NCBI GenBank assembly: GCA_965232515.1
Contig: CBDDPY010000002.1
Location: forward strand, 6,240,001-6,304,000
DNA: 64,000 bases
Origin: Alphaproteobacteria bacterium
GTDB lineage: Bacteria; Pseudomonadota; Alphaproteobacteria; GCA-2731375
Direction of reading: 5' to 3'
A model generated the notes under the pieces. The model made no database searches. It worked only from the letters and a program-made list of their open reading frames with translations, and was not told the DNA's origin. This document shows positions 50,117 through 63,841 of the stretch, in pieces (position 1 is the first letter of the stretch; every line of letters starts with the position of its first letter). The position numbers and the translations under genes were made by a program.

Positions 50117-50934
50117 TGCCGACCGACGACGCGGCGGCGGTTGACGTAATCCGATCGCGGGCCGGCGCGCTGTCGCCGCGTGTCGCCATTGTGCTGGGCT
50201 CCGGTCTGGGGCCTGTCGCCGACGCGGTGGAGGCACCGACGGTCATTCCCTATGCCGATCTGCCAGGGTTCCCGAAACCGGGCGTGCATGGCCATCAAGG
50301 CCAGTTATTGCTCGGCCGATTGGGCGGTGTGCCGGTCGCGATGATGCAGGGCCGCGCGCACTACTACGAAAGCGGGCGGGCGGATGGCATGGCCGTGGCC
50401 GTGCAAGCCTTGGCGGACGTCGGCTGTCAGACGCTCTTGCTGACCAACGCTGCCGGCAGCCTGCGGCCCGAGATGCCGGCCGGCAGCCTGATGCTGATCA
50501 GCGATCACATCAACTTCAGCGGTCTCAATCCGTTGGTAGGCCGGGATGACGAGAACCGCTTCGTCGATCTGGTCGACGCCTACGATCCCGATCTGCGGCA
50601 GGGCATGCTGAAGGCTGCCGCAAAGTTGAAGTTTCCGCTGCAGGAGGGCGTGTACGCCTGGTTCTCCGGACCGAGCTTCGAAACGCCGGCGGAAATCCGC
50701 GCCGCCGGCATTCTGGGCGCGGACGCCGTCGGCATGTCCACGGTGCCGGAGGCGATCCTGGCCCGGCACCGCGGCCTCAAGGTCGTGGCGCTGTCGCTGA
50801 TCGCCAACCTGGCGGCCGGCATGACGACCGAGCCGCTCACGCATCAGCAGACCATCGACGTGGTCGGCGCGGCGGCGGATAATGTCCGCCGATTGCTGAT
50901 CGCTTTTCTCGAGGGCCTCGAACATGACGGATGA
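50116..50934 (+). CDS. purine-nucleoside phosphorylase (trimeric type)
   Basis: LGSGLG, GRAHYYE, TNAAG, GPSFETPAE, GMSTVPE. Confidence 0.95.
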   Translation: MPTDDAAAVDVIRSRAGALSPRVAIVLGSGLGPVADAVEAPTVIPYADLPGFPKPGVHGHQGQLLLGRLGGVPVAMMQGRAHYYESGRADGMAVAVQALADVGCQTLLLTNAAGSLRPEMPAGSLMLISDHINFSGLNPLVGRDDENRFVDLVDAYDPDLRQGMLKAAAKLKFPLQEGVYAWFSGPSFETPAEIRAAGILGADAVGMSTVPEAILARHRGLKVVALSLIANLAAGMTTEPLTHQQTIDVVGAAADNVRRLLIAFLEGLEHDG

Positions 50935-51685
50935 CGCCGTCGCCCGGCGCGCGCTCGCGCATCTCGATCTCACGAGCCTGAACGATGACGACGACGATGC
51001 GGCCGTGACCGCGGTCTGCCGTCGGGCGCTGGGCCCGGCCGGCCGGCCCGCGGCGGTCTGCGTCTGGCCCCGCTTCGTGCCGCTGTGTCGTGACCTGCTG
51101 GCCGACAGCGGCGTGCGCATCGCCTGCGTGACGAACTTTCCGGCCGGTGCGCCGGATGTCGCGGCGGCGGCCGACGAGACCCGTCAGGCTGTTGCGCTGG
51201 GCACGGGCGAGATCGATGTGGTGTTGCCGTACACGGCATGGCTGGCCGGCGACCGGCAGCTTGCCGTCGATCTGGTCGCCGCCTGTCGGGAGGCCTGTGG
51301 CGATACGGTGCGGCTGAAGGTGATCCTGGAGACCGGACGGCTGGGGACGTCGGATAACATCCGGGCGGCGAGCGAGGACGCCATCGCCGGCGGCGCTGAC
51401 TTCATCAAGACCTCGACGGGCAAGATCGATATCGCGGCGACGCCCGAAGCGGCGGAAGCGATGCTGCAGGTGATCAAATCGTCGGATCGTCCGGTCGGCC
51501 TGAAGGTTGCCGGTGGCATTCGTTCGGTGACGGACGCGGGTGCCTATATGGCGCAGGCGGACGCCATCATGGGTTCTGACTGGGTTTCGCCGTCGACGTT
51601 CCGGATCGGCGCCAGCGGGCTGCTGAACGATATTGCCGCGACGCTGGGCGTGGACGTAGACGCGCCCGCCGCCTCGGCCTACTGA
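50924..51685 (+). CDS. deoC: deoxyribose-phosphate aldolase
   Basis: DLTSL, NFP.G, EIDVV, KVILETG, FIKTSTGK, K.AGG, RIGAS. Confidence 0.95.
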   Translation: MTDDAVARRALAHLDLTSLNDDDDDAAVTAVCRRALGPAGRPAAVCVWPRFVPLCRDLLADSGVRIACVTNFPAGAPDVAAAADETRQAVALGTGEIDVVLPYTAWLAGDRQLAVDLVAACREACGDTVRLKVILETGRLGTSDNIRAASEDAIAGGADFIKTSTGKIDIAATPEAAEAMLQVIKSSDRPVGLKVAGGIRSVTDAGAYMAQADAIMGSDWVSPSTFRIGASGLLNDIAATLGVDVDAPAASAY

Positions 51686-51686
51686 C

Positions 51687-53012
51687 GTGCTGGCGCAGGA
51701 GGTCATACGCCGCAAGCGCGACCGCGAGACCCTGAACGACGACGAGATCGGGTTCATGGTCCGCGGCATCAGCGACGGTTCGGTCAGTGAAAGCCAGGTC
51801 GCGGCCTTCGGCATGGCGGTGTACCTGAACGGCATGACGCGGGCCGAATGCGTGGCGCTGACCGACGCCATGGCCCATTCGGGCCTGGTCCTGGACTGGC
51901 GTGACGTCGATCTGCGCGGACCGCTGCTGGACAAACACTCGACCGGCGGCATCGGCGACAAGGTCAGCCTGGTGCTGGCGCCGATGATCGCGGCCTGCGG
52001 CGCGCATGTGCCGATGATCTCCGGCCGTGGTCTTGGCCATACCGGCGGCACACTCGACAAGCTGGAGGCCATTCCGGGGTACAGCGTAACGCCGGATCTC
52101 GAACGGTTTCGCCGCGTCGTGCGCGATGTCGGCTGTGCCATTGTCGGCCAAACCGACGAGATGGCGCCGGCCGACAGGCGGTTCTATGCGGTTCGCGACG
52201 TCACCGCGACGGTCGAGTCGATCCCGCTGATCACCGCGTCGATCCTGTCGAAAAAGCGCGCCGCCGGGGTACAGGCGCTGGTCATGGACGTGAAGACCGG
52301 CAGCGGCGCCTTCGCCGGCGAGCTGGCCGACGCCCAGGCGCTGGCGACCAGCATTGCCGACGTGGCGAACGGCGCCGGCTTGCCGACGACGGCGCTGATC
52401 ACGGACATGAACCAGGTCTTGGGATCGACGGCCGGAAACGCCGTCGAAGTCCGGGAAGCGGTGGCCTTCCTCACCGGCGGCGATCGAGACCAGCGACTGC
52501 ACGATGTGGTTCTGGCGCTCGGCGAAGAGATGCTGCGCCTCGGCGGCATGACGGACGACGCCGACGCCGCACGCGGCACGCTGTCGGCGGTGCTGGACGA
52601 CGGGCGGGCGGCAGAGAGGTTCAGCGCCATGGTGGCGGCGCTGGGCGGGCCGGCCGACTTCATTGAGAAGGCCGACGGCTGTCTCCCGCATGCGCCCGTG
52701 GTGAAACCCATCTACGCCGATCGGGTCGGCTATATCGGCGCACTGGACGTACGCGCCATCGGCATGGCGATTGTCGAGCTCGGCGGCGGCAGACGGTTGC
52801 CCGGCGATGCGATCGATCACGCCGTCGGCCTGACCGAGATGGGGGGGCTCGGCGAAGCGGTGGGCTCCGACCAGCCGATCGCCGTCCTGCACGCGGGCGA
52901 CGACGATGCCTGGAATGCGGCGGCAGGCAAGGTGAGGGCGGCGGTTTCCGTTACCGAACGGCCGGCGGATTCCGCTGCGGCATTGATCTACGGGCGCTAT
53001 GGCGCGGGCTGA
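51687..53012 (+). CDS. deoA: thymidine phosphorylase
   Basis: DKHSTGGIGD, SGRGLGHTGGTLDKLE, SILSKK, DVKTG.GAF. Confidence 0.95.
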   Translation: MLAQEVIRRKRDRETLNDDEIGFMVRGISDGSVSESQVAAFGMAVYLNGMTRAECVALTDAMAHSGLVLDWRDVDLRGPLLDKHSTGGIGDKVSLVLAPMIAACGAHVPMISGRGLGHTGGTLDKLEAIPGYSVTPDLERFRRVVRDVGCAIVGQTDEMAPADRRFYAVRDVTATVESIPLITASILSKKRAAGVQALVMDVKTGSGAFAGELADAQALATSIADVANGAGLPTTALITDMNQVLGSTAGNAVEVREAVAFLTGGDRDQRLHDVVLALGEEMLRLGGMTDDADAARGTLSAVLDDGRAAERFSAMVAALGGPADFIEKADGCLPHAPVVKPIYADRVGYIGALDVRAIGMAIVELGGGRRLPGDAIDHAVGLTEMGGLGEAVGSDQPIAVLHAGDDDAWNAAAGKVRAAVSVTERPADSAAALIYGRYGAG

Positions 53013-53859
53013 TCGACAGGGACCGGCGGCCGATCGGCGCTCGGCCTTCGAGCGCGATGGCTTTTTGGTCATCAAGGAATTCGTTCCGACGGCCGATCGC
53101 GCCGGGCTGAGGAAACGCGCCGGCGAACTGGTTGACGGTTTCCAACCGCAAGCGGACGCGACGGTGTTCTCGACCCGGTCGCAGTCGCACGCGGCCGATG
53201 ACTACTTCCAAACCTCCGGCGACAAGATCCGGTTCTTCTTCGAGGAGGACGCCTTCGACGCCGATGGCGCGTTGACCCGACCAAAGGCGTTGGCCATCAA
53301 CAAGATCGGCCATGCCCTGCACGATCTCGACCCCGTGTTCAGCCGTTTCTCTCGCGCCCCGCAATTGGCCGATCTGGCCCGGGAACTTGGTTTCGTCACG
53401 CCGCTGCTGCTGCAGTCCATGTACATCTTCAAGCAGCCCGAGGTGGGCGGTGAGGTCACCTGGCATCAGGACGCGACGTTTCTCCATACCGACCCCATAA
53501 GCGTCGTTGGTTTCTGGTTCGCGCTCGAGGACGCGACGGTCGAGAACGGTTGCCTGTGGGCCCTGCCGGGCCAGCACAAATCAGGTCTGAAATCGCGTTT
53601 CCGGCGCACAGGCACCGGCCTGGAGATTGAGGTGCTGGACGATACCGTGTGGCCGACGGACGCCGCGCAGCCGCTGGAGGTGCCGGCGGGGACGCTGGTC
53701 GTGCTGCATGGCTTGCTGCCGCACTACAGCAGCGCCAACCGGACCACGTCCTCGCGGCATGCCTATGCGTTGCATGTGATCGACGGGCATACCCGCTACG
53801 CCGACGACAATTGGCTGCAGCGTGGGCCCGACATGCCCTTGCGCGGCTTCGAGACATGA
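52999..53859 (+). CDS. PhyH/PHYHD1-like Fe(II)/2-oxoglutarate dioxygenase
   Basis: NKIGHALH, QSMYIFKQP..GGEV..HQD.TFL, W.ALEDAT.ENGCLW, H.S..N...SR. Confidence 0.9.
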   Translation: MARADRQGPAADRRSAFERDGFLVIKEFVPTADRAGLRKRAGELVDGFQPQADATVFSTRSQSHAADDYFQTSGDKIRFFFEEDAFDADGALTRPKALAINKIGHALHDLDPVFSRFSRAPQLADLARELGFVTPLLLQSMYIFKQPEVGGEVTWHQDATFLHTDPISVVGFWFALEDATVENGCLWALPGQHKSGLKSRFRRTGTGLEIEVLDDTVWPTDAAQPLEVPAGTLVVLHGLLPHYSSANRTTSSRHAYALHVIDGHTRYADDNWLQRGPDMPLRGFET

Positions 53860-54839
53860 TCCCGCTGACCGAACTGCACTGCCATCTCGAAGGCGCGGCC
53901 GGGCCGGCCCTGGTCCGCCGTCTGGCGGCCCGCAATGGCGTGGCCCTGCCGGAGACGATCTTTGCCGACGGCGAGCGGTTCGCGTTCACCGACTTCGTCG
54001 ACTTTCTGCGGGTTTATGACGTCGCGGCCGGCTGCATCCGCACGCCGGATGACTATTACGATGTGACATCGGAATATCTGGCGGCCTGCGCGCGGGAAGG
54101 GGCGATTTATGTCGAAGTGATGTCGTCTCCGGATCATGCGGCGGCGGCGGGCATGACCTATGCCGATCACCTGGAAGGCATTGTGGCGGCGATCGCCGAC
54201 GCCAAACGGGATCATGACATCGAGGGTCGCATCATCGTCACCTGCGTGCGGCATTTTGGGCCCGAGCGGGCCATCGAAGTCGCGCGCCAAGTCGTTGCCG
54301 ACCCCCATCCGCTCGTCGTCGGCTTCGGCATGGGTGGCGATGAATCGGCCTATGCCGCCGCCGACTTCGCGCCGGCTTTCCGGCTCGCGCACGATTCCGG
54401 GTTGCCGTGCACGGTTCACGCCGGCGAATTCGGCGGTCCGGAAAGCGTTCGCGCGGCACTGGCCGCGCTGCCGGTTTCGCGCCTTGGTCATGGCGTACGC
54501 GCTATCGAGGACGCGGATCTCGTTCGTGAACTCGCCGACCGGGGCGTGACCCTCGAGGTCTGTCCGACCAGCAACGTCGCCACCGGGGTCTATGACGGCT
54601 ATGACGCGCATCCATTGTGCGAATTGCGTGATGCCGGTTGCCGGATAACGCTGAACTCCGACGATCCGCCGTATTTCGGCACGTCCGTGGGCCGCGAATA
54701 CCGCGTGGCCGCCGACGAATTTGGCTTTTCGGACATGGATCTTGTCGGGGTGACGCGCACTGCCGTCGAGGCCAGCTTTGCCGACGATGCGACCAAAGCG
54801 AACTTGTTGCGCCGGGTGGACGCCTGGAACCAAGCCTGA
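53856..54839 (+). CDS. add: adenosine deaminase
   Basis: ELHCHLEG, HAGE, RLGHG, CPTSN, NSDDP; start at 53856. Confidence 0.92.
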   Translation: MIPLTELHCHLEGAAGPALVRRLAARNGVALPETIFADGERFAFTDFVDFLRVYDVAAGCIRTPDDYYDVTSEYLAACAREGAIYVEVMSSPDHAAAAGMTYADHLEGIVAAIADAKRDHDIEGRIIVTCVRHFGPERAIEVARQVVADPHPLVVGFGMGGDESAYAAADFAPAFRLAHDSGLPCTVHAGEFGGPESVRAALAALPVSRLGHGVRAIEDADLVRELADRGVTLEVCPTSNVATGVYDGYDAHPLCELRDAGCRITLNSDDPPYFGTSVGREYRVAADEFGFSDMDLVGVTRTAVEASFADDATKANLLRRVDAWNQA

Positions 54840-54845
54840 AAAAGC

Positions 54846-54881
54846 AAAAAAATGCCCGGAAATCCAAAGGATTTCCGGGCA
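54846..54881 (-). terminator. intrinsic terminator
   Basis: 13-bp stem tgcccggaaatcc/ggatttccgggca followed by a T7 tract on the minus strand. Confidence 0.85.
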
Positions 54882-55010
54882 AGTCTAACAGGGAGGCTTC
54901 ACGTCTGGGAGACGTAGAAGTTTGGGCCATCTCGCAACATGGGGGGTCGTGCGATGACCCAGTCCCGGACCCGGAGGCCCGGGCGGATGGTGCAATGCAA
55001 CATCCGTCGA
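54846..55010 (-). ncRNA. candidate trans-acting sRNA with C-rich anti-SD loops (AbcR-like position)
   Basis: Four hairpins plus terminator; CCUCC, CCCCCC, CUCCC and CCUCCCU motifs; putative promoter TGGCAA-17-TAAATA. Confidence 0.55.
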
Positions 55011-55098
55011 AACAATATTTAGTGGTTGATGTGCCCTCTTGCCACCCACATGGTCGCATTGGTGATATGCGCGTTCCGCATACCTTTGGAAATGGCCG

Positions 55099-55989
55099 TC
55101 AGAACGTCCAATCCTGGACCTTGCTGATCAGGAAATCGCGGAAAACGCCAATGCGTTTGGTGTTCCGCAGTTCCTCGGGATAGACGAAGTAGGTGTCGAA
55201 GCTCGGTCCTTCGATGTCCGGCAGCACCCGAATCAGCGAGTTGTTTCCGTGCACCATGTAGTCCGGCAGGGCGGCGATGCCCAACCCGGACTCGACCGCC
55301 AGCACCAGGCCGTAGATATTGTTGACCTGCAGTACCGGTCGGCGCCGGGTATGCGGCTTGGCCCCGAAATTCAGCAGCCAGTTGACGTTACGAAGCGACG
55401 GCGGCGCTTCGCTGCCGTAGACGACGATGGCGTGCTTGTCGAGGTCCTCGACTTTCTCGGGCTCGCCGTGGCGCTCGATGTATTCGCGCGTGGCGTAGAT
55501 GTGGTTGTGCACCGTCAGCAGCCGGCGCTTCACCAAGTCGGGCTGCGTCGGTGCGCTGAGGCGGATGGCCACATCGGCCTCGCGCATCGCCAGGTCCAGT
55601 TCCCGGTCCTCGCAGATCAGGCTGAGCGAGATATCCGGATAAAGTTCCAGAAACTCGCGGATTCGCGGGGTCAGCCAGGTCGAGCCGAAGCCGACGGTCG
55701 TCGTGACCCGCAGATCGCCGGAGGGCTTGGCCTTGCTGTCGGCCAGCATTGCCTTTGCGATCGCCAGCTTGCCGAACACGTCATGCGCGGTGCTGTAGAG
55801 CAGTTCGCCCTGCTCGGTCAGGATCAAACCGCGCGCGTGACGGTGGAACAGCGAGACGCCGAGTTCGTCCTCGAGCGAGCTGACCTGCCGGCTGACCGCG
55901 GACTGGCTCAGCGCCAGTTCCTCGCCGGCATGCGTGAAGCTGCCTGCCTGTGCGACAGCGTGGAATATCCTGAGCTTGTCCCAGTCCAT
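55099..55989 (-). CDS. LysR regulator, LsrB/VtlR-like
   Basis: MDWDKLRIFHAVA.AGSFTHAG, FHRHARGL, DL.MREADVAIR; downstream of trxB. Confidence 0.88.
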   Translation of the reverse strand: MDWDKLRIFHAVAQAGSFTHAGEELALSQSAVSRQVSSLEDELGVSLFHRHARGLILTEQGELLYSTAHDVFGKLAIAKAMLADSKAKPSGDLRVTTTVGFGSTWLTPRIREFLELYPDISLSLICEDRELDLAMREADVAIRLSAPTQPDLVKRRLLTVHNHIYATREYIERHGEPEKVEDLDKHAIVVYGSEAPPSLRNVNWLLNFGAKPHTRRRPVLQVNNIYGLVLAVESGLGIAALPDYMVHGNNSLIRVLPDIEGPSFDTYFVYPEELRNTKRIGVFRDFLISKVQDWTF

Positions 55990-56056
55990 GACGCCAACCT
56001 GTGTGCGCGGGCTTATTGCGCCCGCGACCTCCCCGTTTTATCGCATGCTGATTTTC

Positions 56057-57025
56057 TTATTCGGCGGCCTGAGCAGCGCCGGCATCGAGCATGGCAAGAT
56101 ATTTTTCGGCCTCGAGCGCGGCCATGCAGCCTGTGCCGGCCGCCGTTACCGCCTGACGATAGACCTTGTCCTGTACGTCGCCGGCTGCATAGACGCCGGG
56201 AATCTCGGTGGCCGTACTGTCGGCGGCCGTGAACAGATAGCCTTCGTCATCCATCTGCAACTGACCGCGGAACAGGTCGGTTTGCGGCTTGTGGCCGATG
56301 GCGATGAAGACGCCGTCGAGGGCGATCTCACGGGTTTCGCCGCTCGCGACCTGGCGCAGTCGGACGCCGGTGACGCCTGGCGGATCGGTCTCGCCGAGGA
56401 TCTCGTCCAGGACGTGGTTCCAGACAACCTCGACCTTATCATTCGCAAACAGCCTGTCCTGCAGGATCTTTTCCGCCCGCAACTGATCCCGACGGTGGAT
56501 CAGATAGACCTTGTCGGCAAAGTTCGTCAGGAACAGGGCCTCCTCGACCGCCGTATTGCCGCCACCGACGACACAGACCTGACGGCCCCGATAGAAGAAC
56601 CCGTCGCAGGTGGCGCAGGCCGAAACGCCGAAGCCCTGAAAGCGTTGCTCGCTCTCCAGACCCAGCCACTTCGCCTGGGCGCCGGTGCTGATGATCAGCG
56701 TGTCGGCCGTGTAAACGTCCCCGGAATCGCCGACGCAGCGGATCGGACGCGACTTGAGGTCAACCTGGACGATCATGTCGCTAATGCGTTCGGTGCCGAC
56801 ATTCGCCGCCTGCTGCTCCATCTGCTCCATCAGCCAGGGGCCCTGAATGACGTCGGCGAAGCCGGGATAGTTCTCGACGTCGGTGGTAATGGTCATCTGT
56901 CCGCCAGGCTGCATACCGTGCACGATCGCCGGCTTCAGACCCGCGCGTGCGGCGTAGATGGCTGCCGTCAGGCCGGCTGGCCCCGATCCCAGGATAAGCA
57001 CGCGAAAATGGCGGGTCTCGGACAT
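56057..57025 (-). CDS. trxB: thioredoxin reductase
   Basis: GSGPAG, CATCDG, GGGNTA, HRR, YRQAVTAAG; start MSETRH. Confidence 0.96.
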   Translation of the reverse strand: MSETRHFRVLILGSGPAGLTAAIYAARAGLKPAIVHGMQPGGQMTITTDVENYPGFADVIQGPWLMEQMEQQAANVGTERISDMIVQVDLKSRPIRCVGDSGDVYTADTLIISTGAQAKWLGLESEQRFQGFGVSACATCDGFFYRGRQVCVVGGGNTAVEEALFLTNFADKVYLIHRRDQLRAEKILQDRLFANDKVEVVWNHVLDEILGETDPPGVTGVRLRQVASGETREIALDGVFIAIGHKPQTDLFRGQLQMDDEGYLFTAADSTATEIPGVYAAGDVQDKVYRQAVTAAGTGCMAALEAEKYLAMLDAGAAQAAE

Positions 57026-57272
57026 AGCTCTCTCCTTACGCGCGCAGTCCGGCAGCAACGCCTGCCCGCACCGCGCGTCAACAGATCCGTTATGTAAATC
57101 GCCGCCTAAGCCCTCGCAAGGCGGACAGACAATTGTCAGAACAAACGTCGACAGCCGGACCGTCAAACGCCACCCGGCAACCGGTTTCGACGTCAGCGTC
57201 CCCGATTCCAATCATTTTAGCCGAAGCGGGGGCCGACCGCATCCCGAACCTGAAATGGCGGCAAACCGGGAT

Positions 57273-58238
57273 TCAGGCGCTGGCGTGCCGCGCGAGCCGG
57301 GCAAGAACTTCTTTGGCGACCTCACCGGTTTCGTCCAGCGCCGGATAGGTCCAGCTTTCGAGACCGCCTTCGAAGCGGCGTGTATAACCTGCCTGGCGCA
57401 GGCCGGCGTGGAAATCGTTGAATTTCCTGCTGCCGCCCTCGAGATCGACCACGTAGACCGGTTTTCCGGTGGCGCAAGCCTCCGAAACCATGGTGGCCGA
57501 GTCGCAGGTGACGACAATGGTATCGGCGATCCCGAGGTAGCCGAAATAGGGATTCGGGCCCTCGAAGTCCCAGATTTCGGCGCCGGTCTTTGCCAACCGA
57601 TCGTGCAGCACGGCAATGTTTTCCGCACCCGTTCGCCGCGACGGGGTGACGGCGAGCCCGGCATCGAGCGCGGTGAGCCTGTCGCAGAGGCCTGCCGTGA
57701 TCTCCGGCGTCAGGCGATAGGCCGAACTGTTGCCGCCGATAAGGACGGCCACGAGTGGCCGGGGCAAATGCGCGAGCTTTGGCGCGATCCGCTCGGCCTC
57801 GGCGGCGAGGCGTTCCGGCGTAACCCTGTGCAGGGCGCCCATCGTTTCGATGACGTTCGGGCCGGACAACCGGTCATGCCGTGGCGGCACCACCAGATCG
57901 AAGCGCCGAGGCGCCGTTTTCGGATCCTGGATATGCACCGTGTAGGTGCGGCCTCCGCTTGCCCGGCGGATGAACAGTGAAAACGGCACGCTGCGTCGGC
58001 CGCAGGTGATGAGCAGGTCGGGCCAGGGTGGCGTTATGGGCTCGTGGTCGACCGGGAGAGAGGCGAGCGGCGCCGGCCACCAGCCCGCCGGCAGCCAGAT
58101 CCAAGGCCGTCGCGGCTTTACGCGTTTGATCTCGAACGGCAGGCCGATCCGCTCCGCCAGGCCGACGGCCTGGTTTTCCATGCCGGCATGTCCGGGCGTC
58201 AGCACCCAGCACGATGGATTGTCGGACGATTCGGTCAT
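57273..58238 (-). CDS. ELM1-family (putative nucleoside-diphosphate-sugar epimerase-like) protein
   Basis: G..NQ..GLA, PDLLITCGR, VP.HD, LIGG, SRRT, NPY, VTCDS..M.SEA..TGKP. Confidence 0.85.
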   Translation of the reverse strand: MTESSDNPSCWVLTPGHAGMENQAVGLAERIGLPFEIKRVKPRRPWIWLPAGWWPAPLASLPVDHEPITPPWPDLLITCGRRSVPFSLFIRRASGGRTYTVHIQDPKTAPRRFDLVVPPRHDRLSGPNVIETMGALHRVTPERLAAEAERIAPKLAHLPRPLVAVLIGGNSSAYRLTPEITAGLCDRLTALDAGLAVTPSRRTGAENIAVLHDRLAKTGAEIWDFEGPNPYFGYLGIADTIVVTCDSATMVSEACATGKPVYVVDLEGGSRKFNDFHAGLRQAGYTRRFEGGLESWTYPALDETGEVAKEVLARLARHASA

Positions 58239-58369
58239 GTCCCGTCTATTGCTCAAGCCGAGGCAGCGGTTCGGACCACAAGAAACAGAGCGGATTGTGC
58301 GGGCATCCTTTGCGGTTCGACTGCATTGCGTAATATTATTGCGCGATCAGGCAGGCCAGGGTTCAAAAC

Positions 58370-58861
58370 ATGCAGCGCGTAAAGCTCGACAAAATCGACC
58401 GGCAGATCCTCGAAGAACTGCGGACCAACGGTCGGATCACCAACGTCGAGCTGGCCCGGCGGGTCGGCATCTCCGCGCCGCCCTGCCTGCGCCGGGTGCG
58501 GGCGCTCGAAGAAGCCGGCTTTATCGGCGGCTACCATGCCGAACTGAACGCCGAGGCGTTGGGCTATGGCCTGACGGTGTTCGCGATGGTCGGCCTGCAC
58601 AGTCAGGCGGAAGCGGATCTTGAGGCATTCGAAGGCATGGTGCGGTCGTGGCCGATGGTCCGGGAATGCCACATGCTGACGGGTGAAGCGGACTTTATTC
58701 TCAAGGTTGTCGCCCGCGATTGGGATAGTTGGCAGACGTTCCTGACGACCGAACTGACGCCTGCGCCAAACGTCGCCAGCGTCAAAACCTCGCCGGTGCT
58801 CCGACGTTCGAAATCCGATCCGGGCGTGCCGCTGGATGCAGCGCTGATCAGCGACGCCTGA
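58370..58861 (+). CDS. Lrp/AsnC-family regulator
   Basis: LDKIDRQIL, GRITNVELA..VG.S.PPCLRRVR, GEADF. Confidence 0.93.
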   Translation: MQRVKLDKIDRQILEELRTNGRITNVELARRVGISAPPCLRRVRALEEAGFIGGYHAELNAEALGYGLTVFAMVGLHSQAEADLEAFEGMVRSWPMVRECHMLTGEADFILKVVARDWDSWQTFLTTELTPAPNVASVKTSPVLRRSKSDPGVPLDAALISDA

Positions 58862-58874
58862 ATGGCGCCACGCG

Positions 58875-59348
58875 CTACTTGTATTTGACCTTGACCAGTT
58901 CGTAATACTTGCCGCCGCTCGGCGTCGTCACCTCGACCTCGTCGCCGACCTGTTTGCCAATCAGTGCGCGGGCCAGCGGCGAGCCGATGGACAGCCGTTT
59001 CGACTTCACGTCGGCTTCGTCTTCACCGACGATCTGAAAATAGATCTCCTCGTCGATGTCTTCATCGATCAGCGTCACGGTGGCGCCGAACTTCACCGTC
59101 TTGCCGGACAGTGACGATGTATCGATGACCTGTGCCCGGCTGATCTTATTTTCCAGCTCGGCCACCCGGCTTTCGATGAACGCCTGCCGCTCCTTCGCCG
59201 CGTGATATTCGGCGTTCTCCGACAGATCGCCGTGCGCGCGCGCCTCTTCGAGCTGCCGGATTACGGCCGGTCGTTCGACGGACTTCAGTCGCTTCAATTC
59301 GTCTTCCAGGGCGGAAAAGCCCTGCAGGGTCATAGGATGACGTTCCAT
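58875..59348 (-). CDS. greA: transcription elongation factor GreA
   Basis: [32 protein letters not shown]. Confidence 0.96.
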   Translation of the reverse strand: MERHPMTLQGFSALEDELKRLKSVERPAVIRQLEEARAHGDLSENAEYHAAKERQAFIESRVAELENKISRAQVIDTSSLSGKTVKFGATVTLIDEDIDEEIYFQIVGEDEADVKSKRLSIGSPLARALIGKQVGDEVEVTTPSGGKYYELVKVKYK

Positions 59349-59442
59349 AGCTAACTCAGTATGCAGCAAGAATCAGTCAAGTGTTGCAGAAACTGACGAC
59401 GGGTGCATGCTTTTGCGCATCTCGGCGGAAACCCCCGAATGG

Positions 59443-62668
<3,226 letters not shown>

Positions 62669-62676
<8 letters not shown>

Positions 62677-63841
62677 TCTTGGCCATCAAATCGACGAAGC
62701 GTTGGAAGAGATAGTGACTGTCCTGTGGGCCGGGTGAGGCTTCGGGGTGGTATTGCACCGCGAAGATCGGCTTATCGTCGACAGCGAAGCCCTCGAGGCT
62801 GCCATCGAACAGCGAAATATGCGTCGGCGTGACGCCCGCCGGCAGCGAGTCCCGGACCACGACAAAGCCGTGGTTCTGGCTCGTGATCTCGACCTTGCCG
62901 GTGGTCAGATCCTTGACCGGCTGGTTCGCGCCGCGATGGCCCATATGCATCTTTTCGGTCCGGGCGCCCAACGCCAGCGCCAGCATCTGATGTCCGAGGC
63001 AGATGCCGAACAGGGGTTTGCCGGACGCCATGACGCCGCGAATCGCCGGTACGGCGTATTCGCCGGTCGCGGCCGGATCGCCCGGGCCGTTCGACAGGAA
63101 CACGCCGTCCGGATCGTGGCGCAAGATATCCTCCGCGGTCGAATCGGCCGGCACGACCGTGACCCGGCAACCCGCCGACGCCAGGCAGCGCAGGATGTTG
63201 CGCTTGACGCCGTAGTCGACGGCGACGACGTGATGGCGGGGATCCTGGAGCTGGCCGTAGCCGTCCGCCAGCGACCAGCGGGTTTCCTCCCAGGCATAGC
63301 TCTGCCGGCAACTGACGTCGATGGCGAGATCCATGCCCTCCAGGCCGGGCCAGTCGTTCGCCTCGGCCTGCAGCGCCGCGACGTCGAACTGTCCGTCGGG
63401 ATCGTGGCGCAGCACGCCGCGCGGCGCGCCGAGATCGCGGATGCGCCGGGTCAGGCGCCGGGTATCGATACCGGCGATCGCCGGCAGGTCGAAGCGCGAC
63501 AGCCAGGCATCGAAGCCCCGGGCGGCGCGCCAGTTCGATGGCTCGGTAATGTCCATGCGCAGCACGCAGGCGCGCGCCGCCGGCGTCGTCGTCTCGTGGT
63601 CTTCGTCGTTCGCGCCGACGTTGCCGATATGCGGAAAGGTGAAGTTGATGATCTGACCGGCATAGGAGGGATCGGTCATGATCTCCTGGTAGCCGGTCAT
63701 CGACGTGTTGAAGCAGACTTCGCCGACCGCCTGACCGATGGCGCCCAGGCCATGCCCCCAGAACACCGTTCCGTCGTCGAGCACCAACGCGGCCGTCGCG
63801 CGTGAGGGCGGCGCGGCGGGATCGCTGCTGTTGGTTGTCAT
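62669..63841 (-). CDS. carA: carbamoyl-phosphate synthase small subunit
   Basis: [37 protein letters not shown]; start MTTNSS. Confidence 0.97.
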
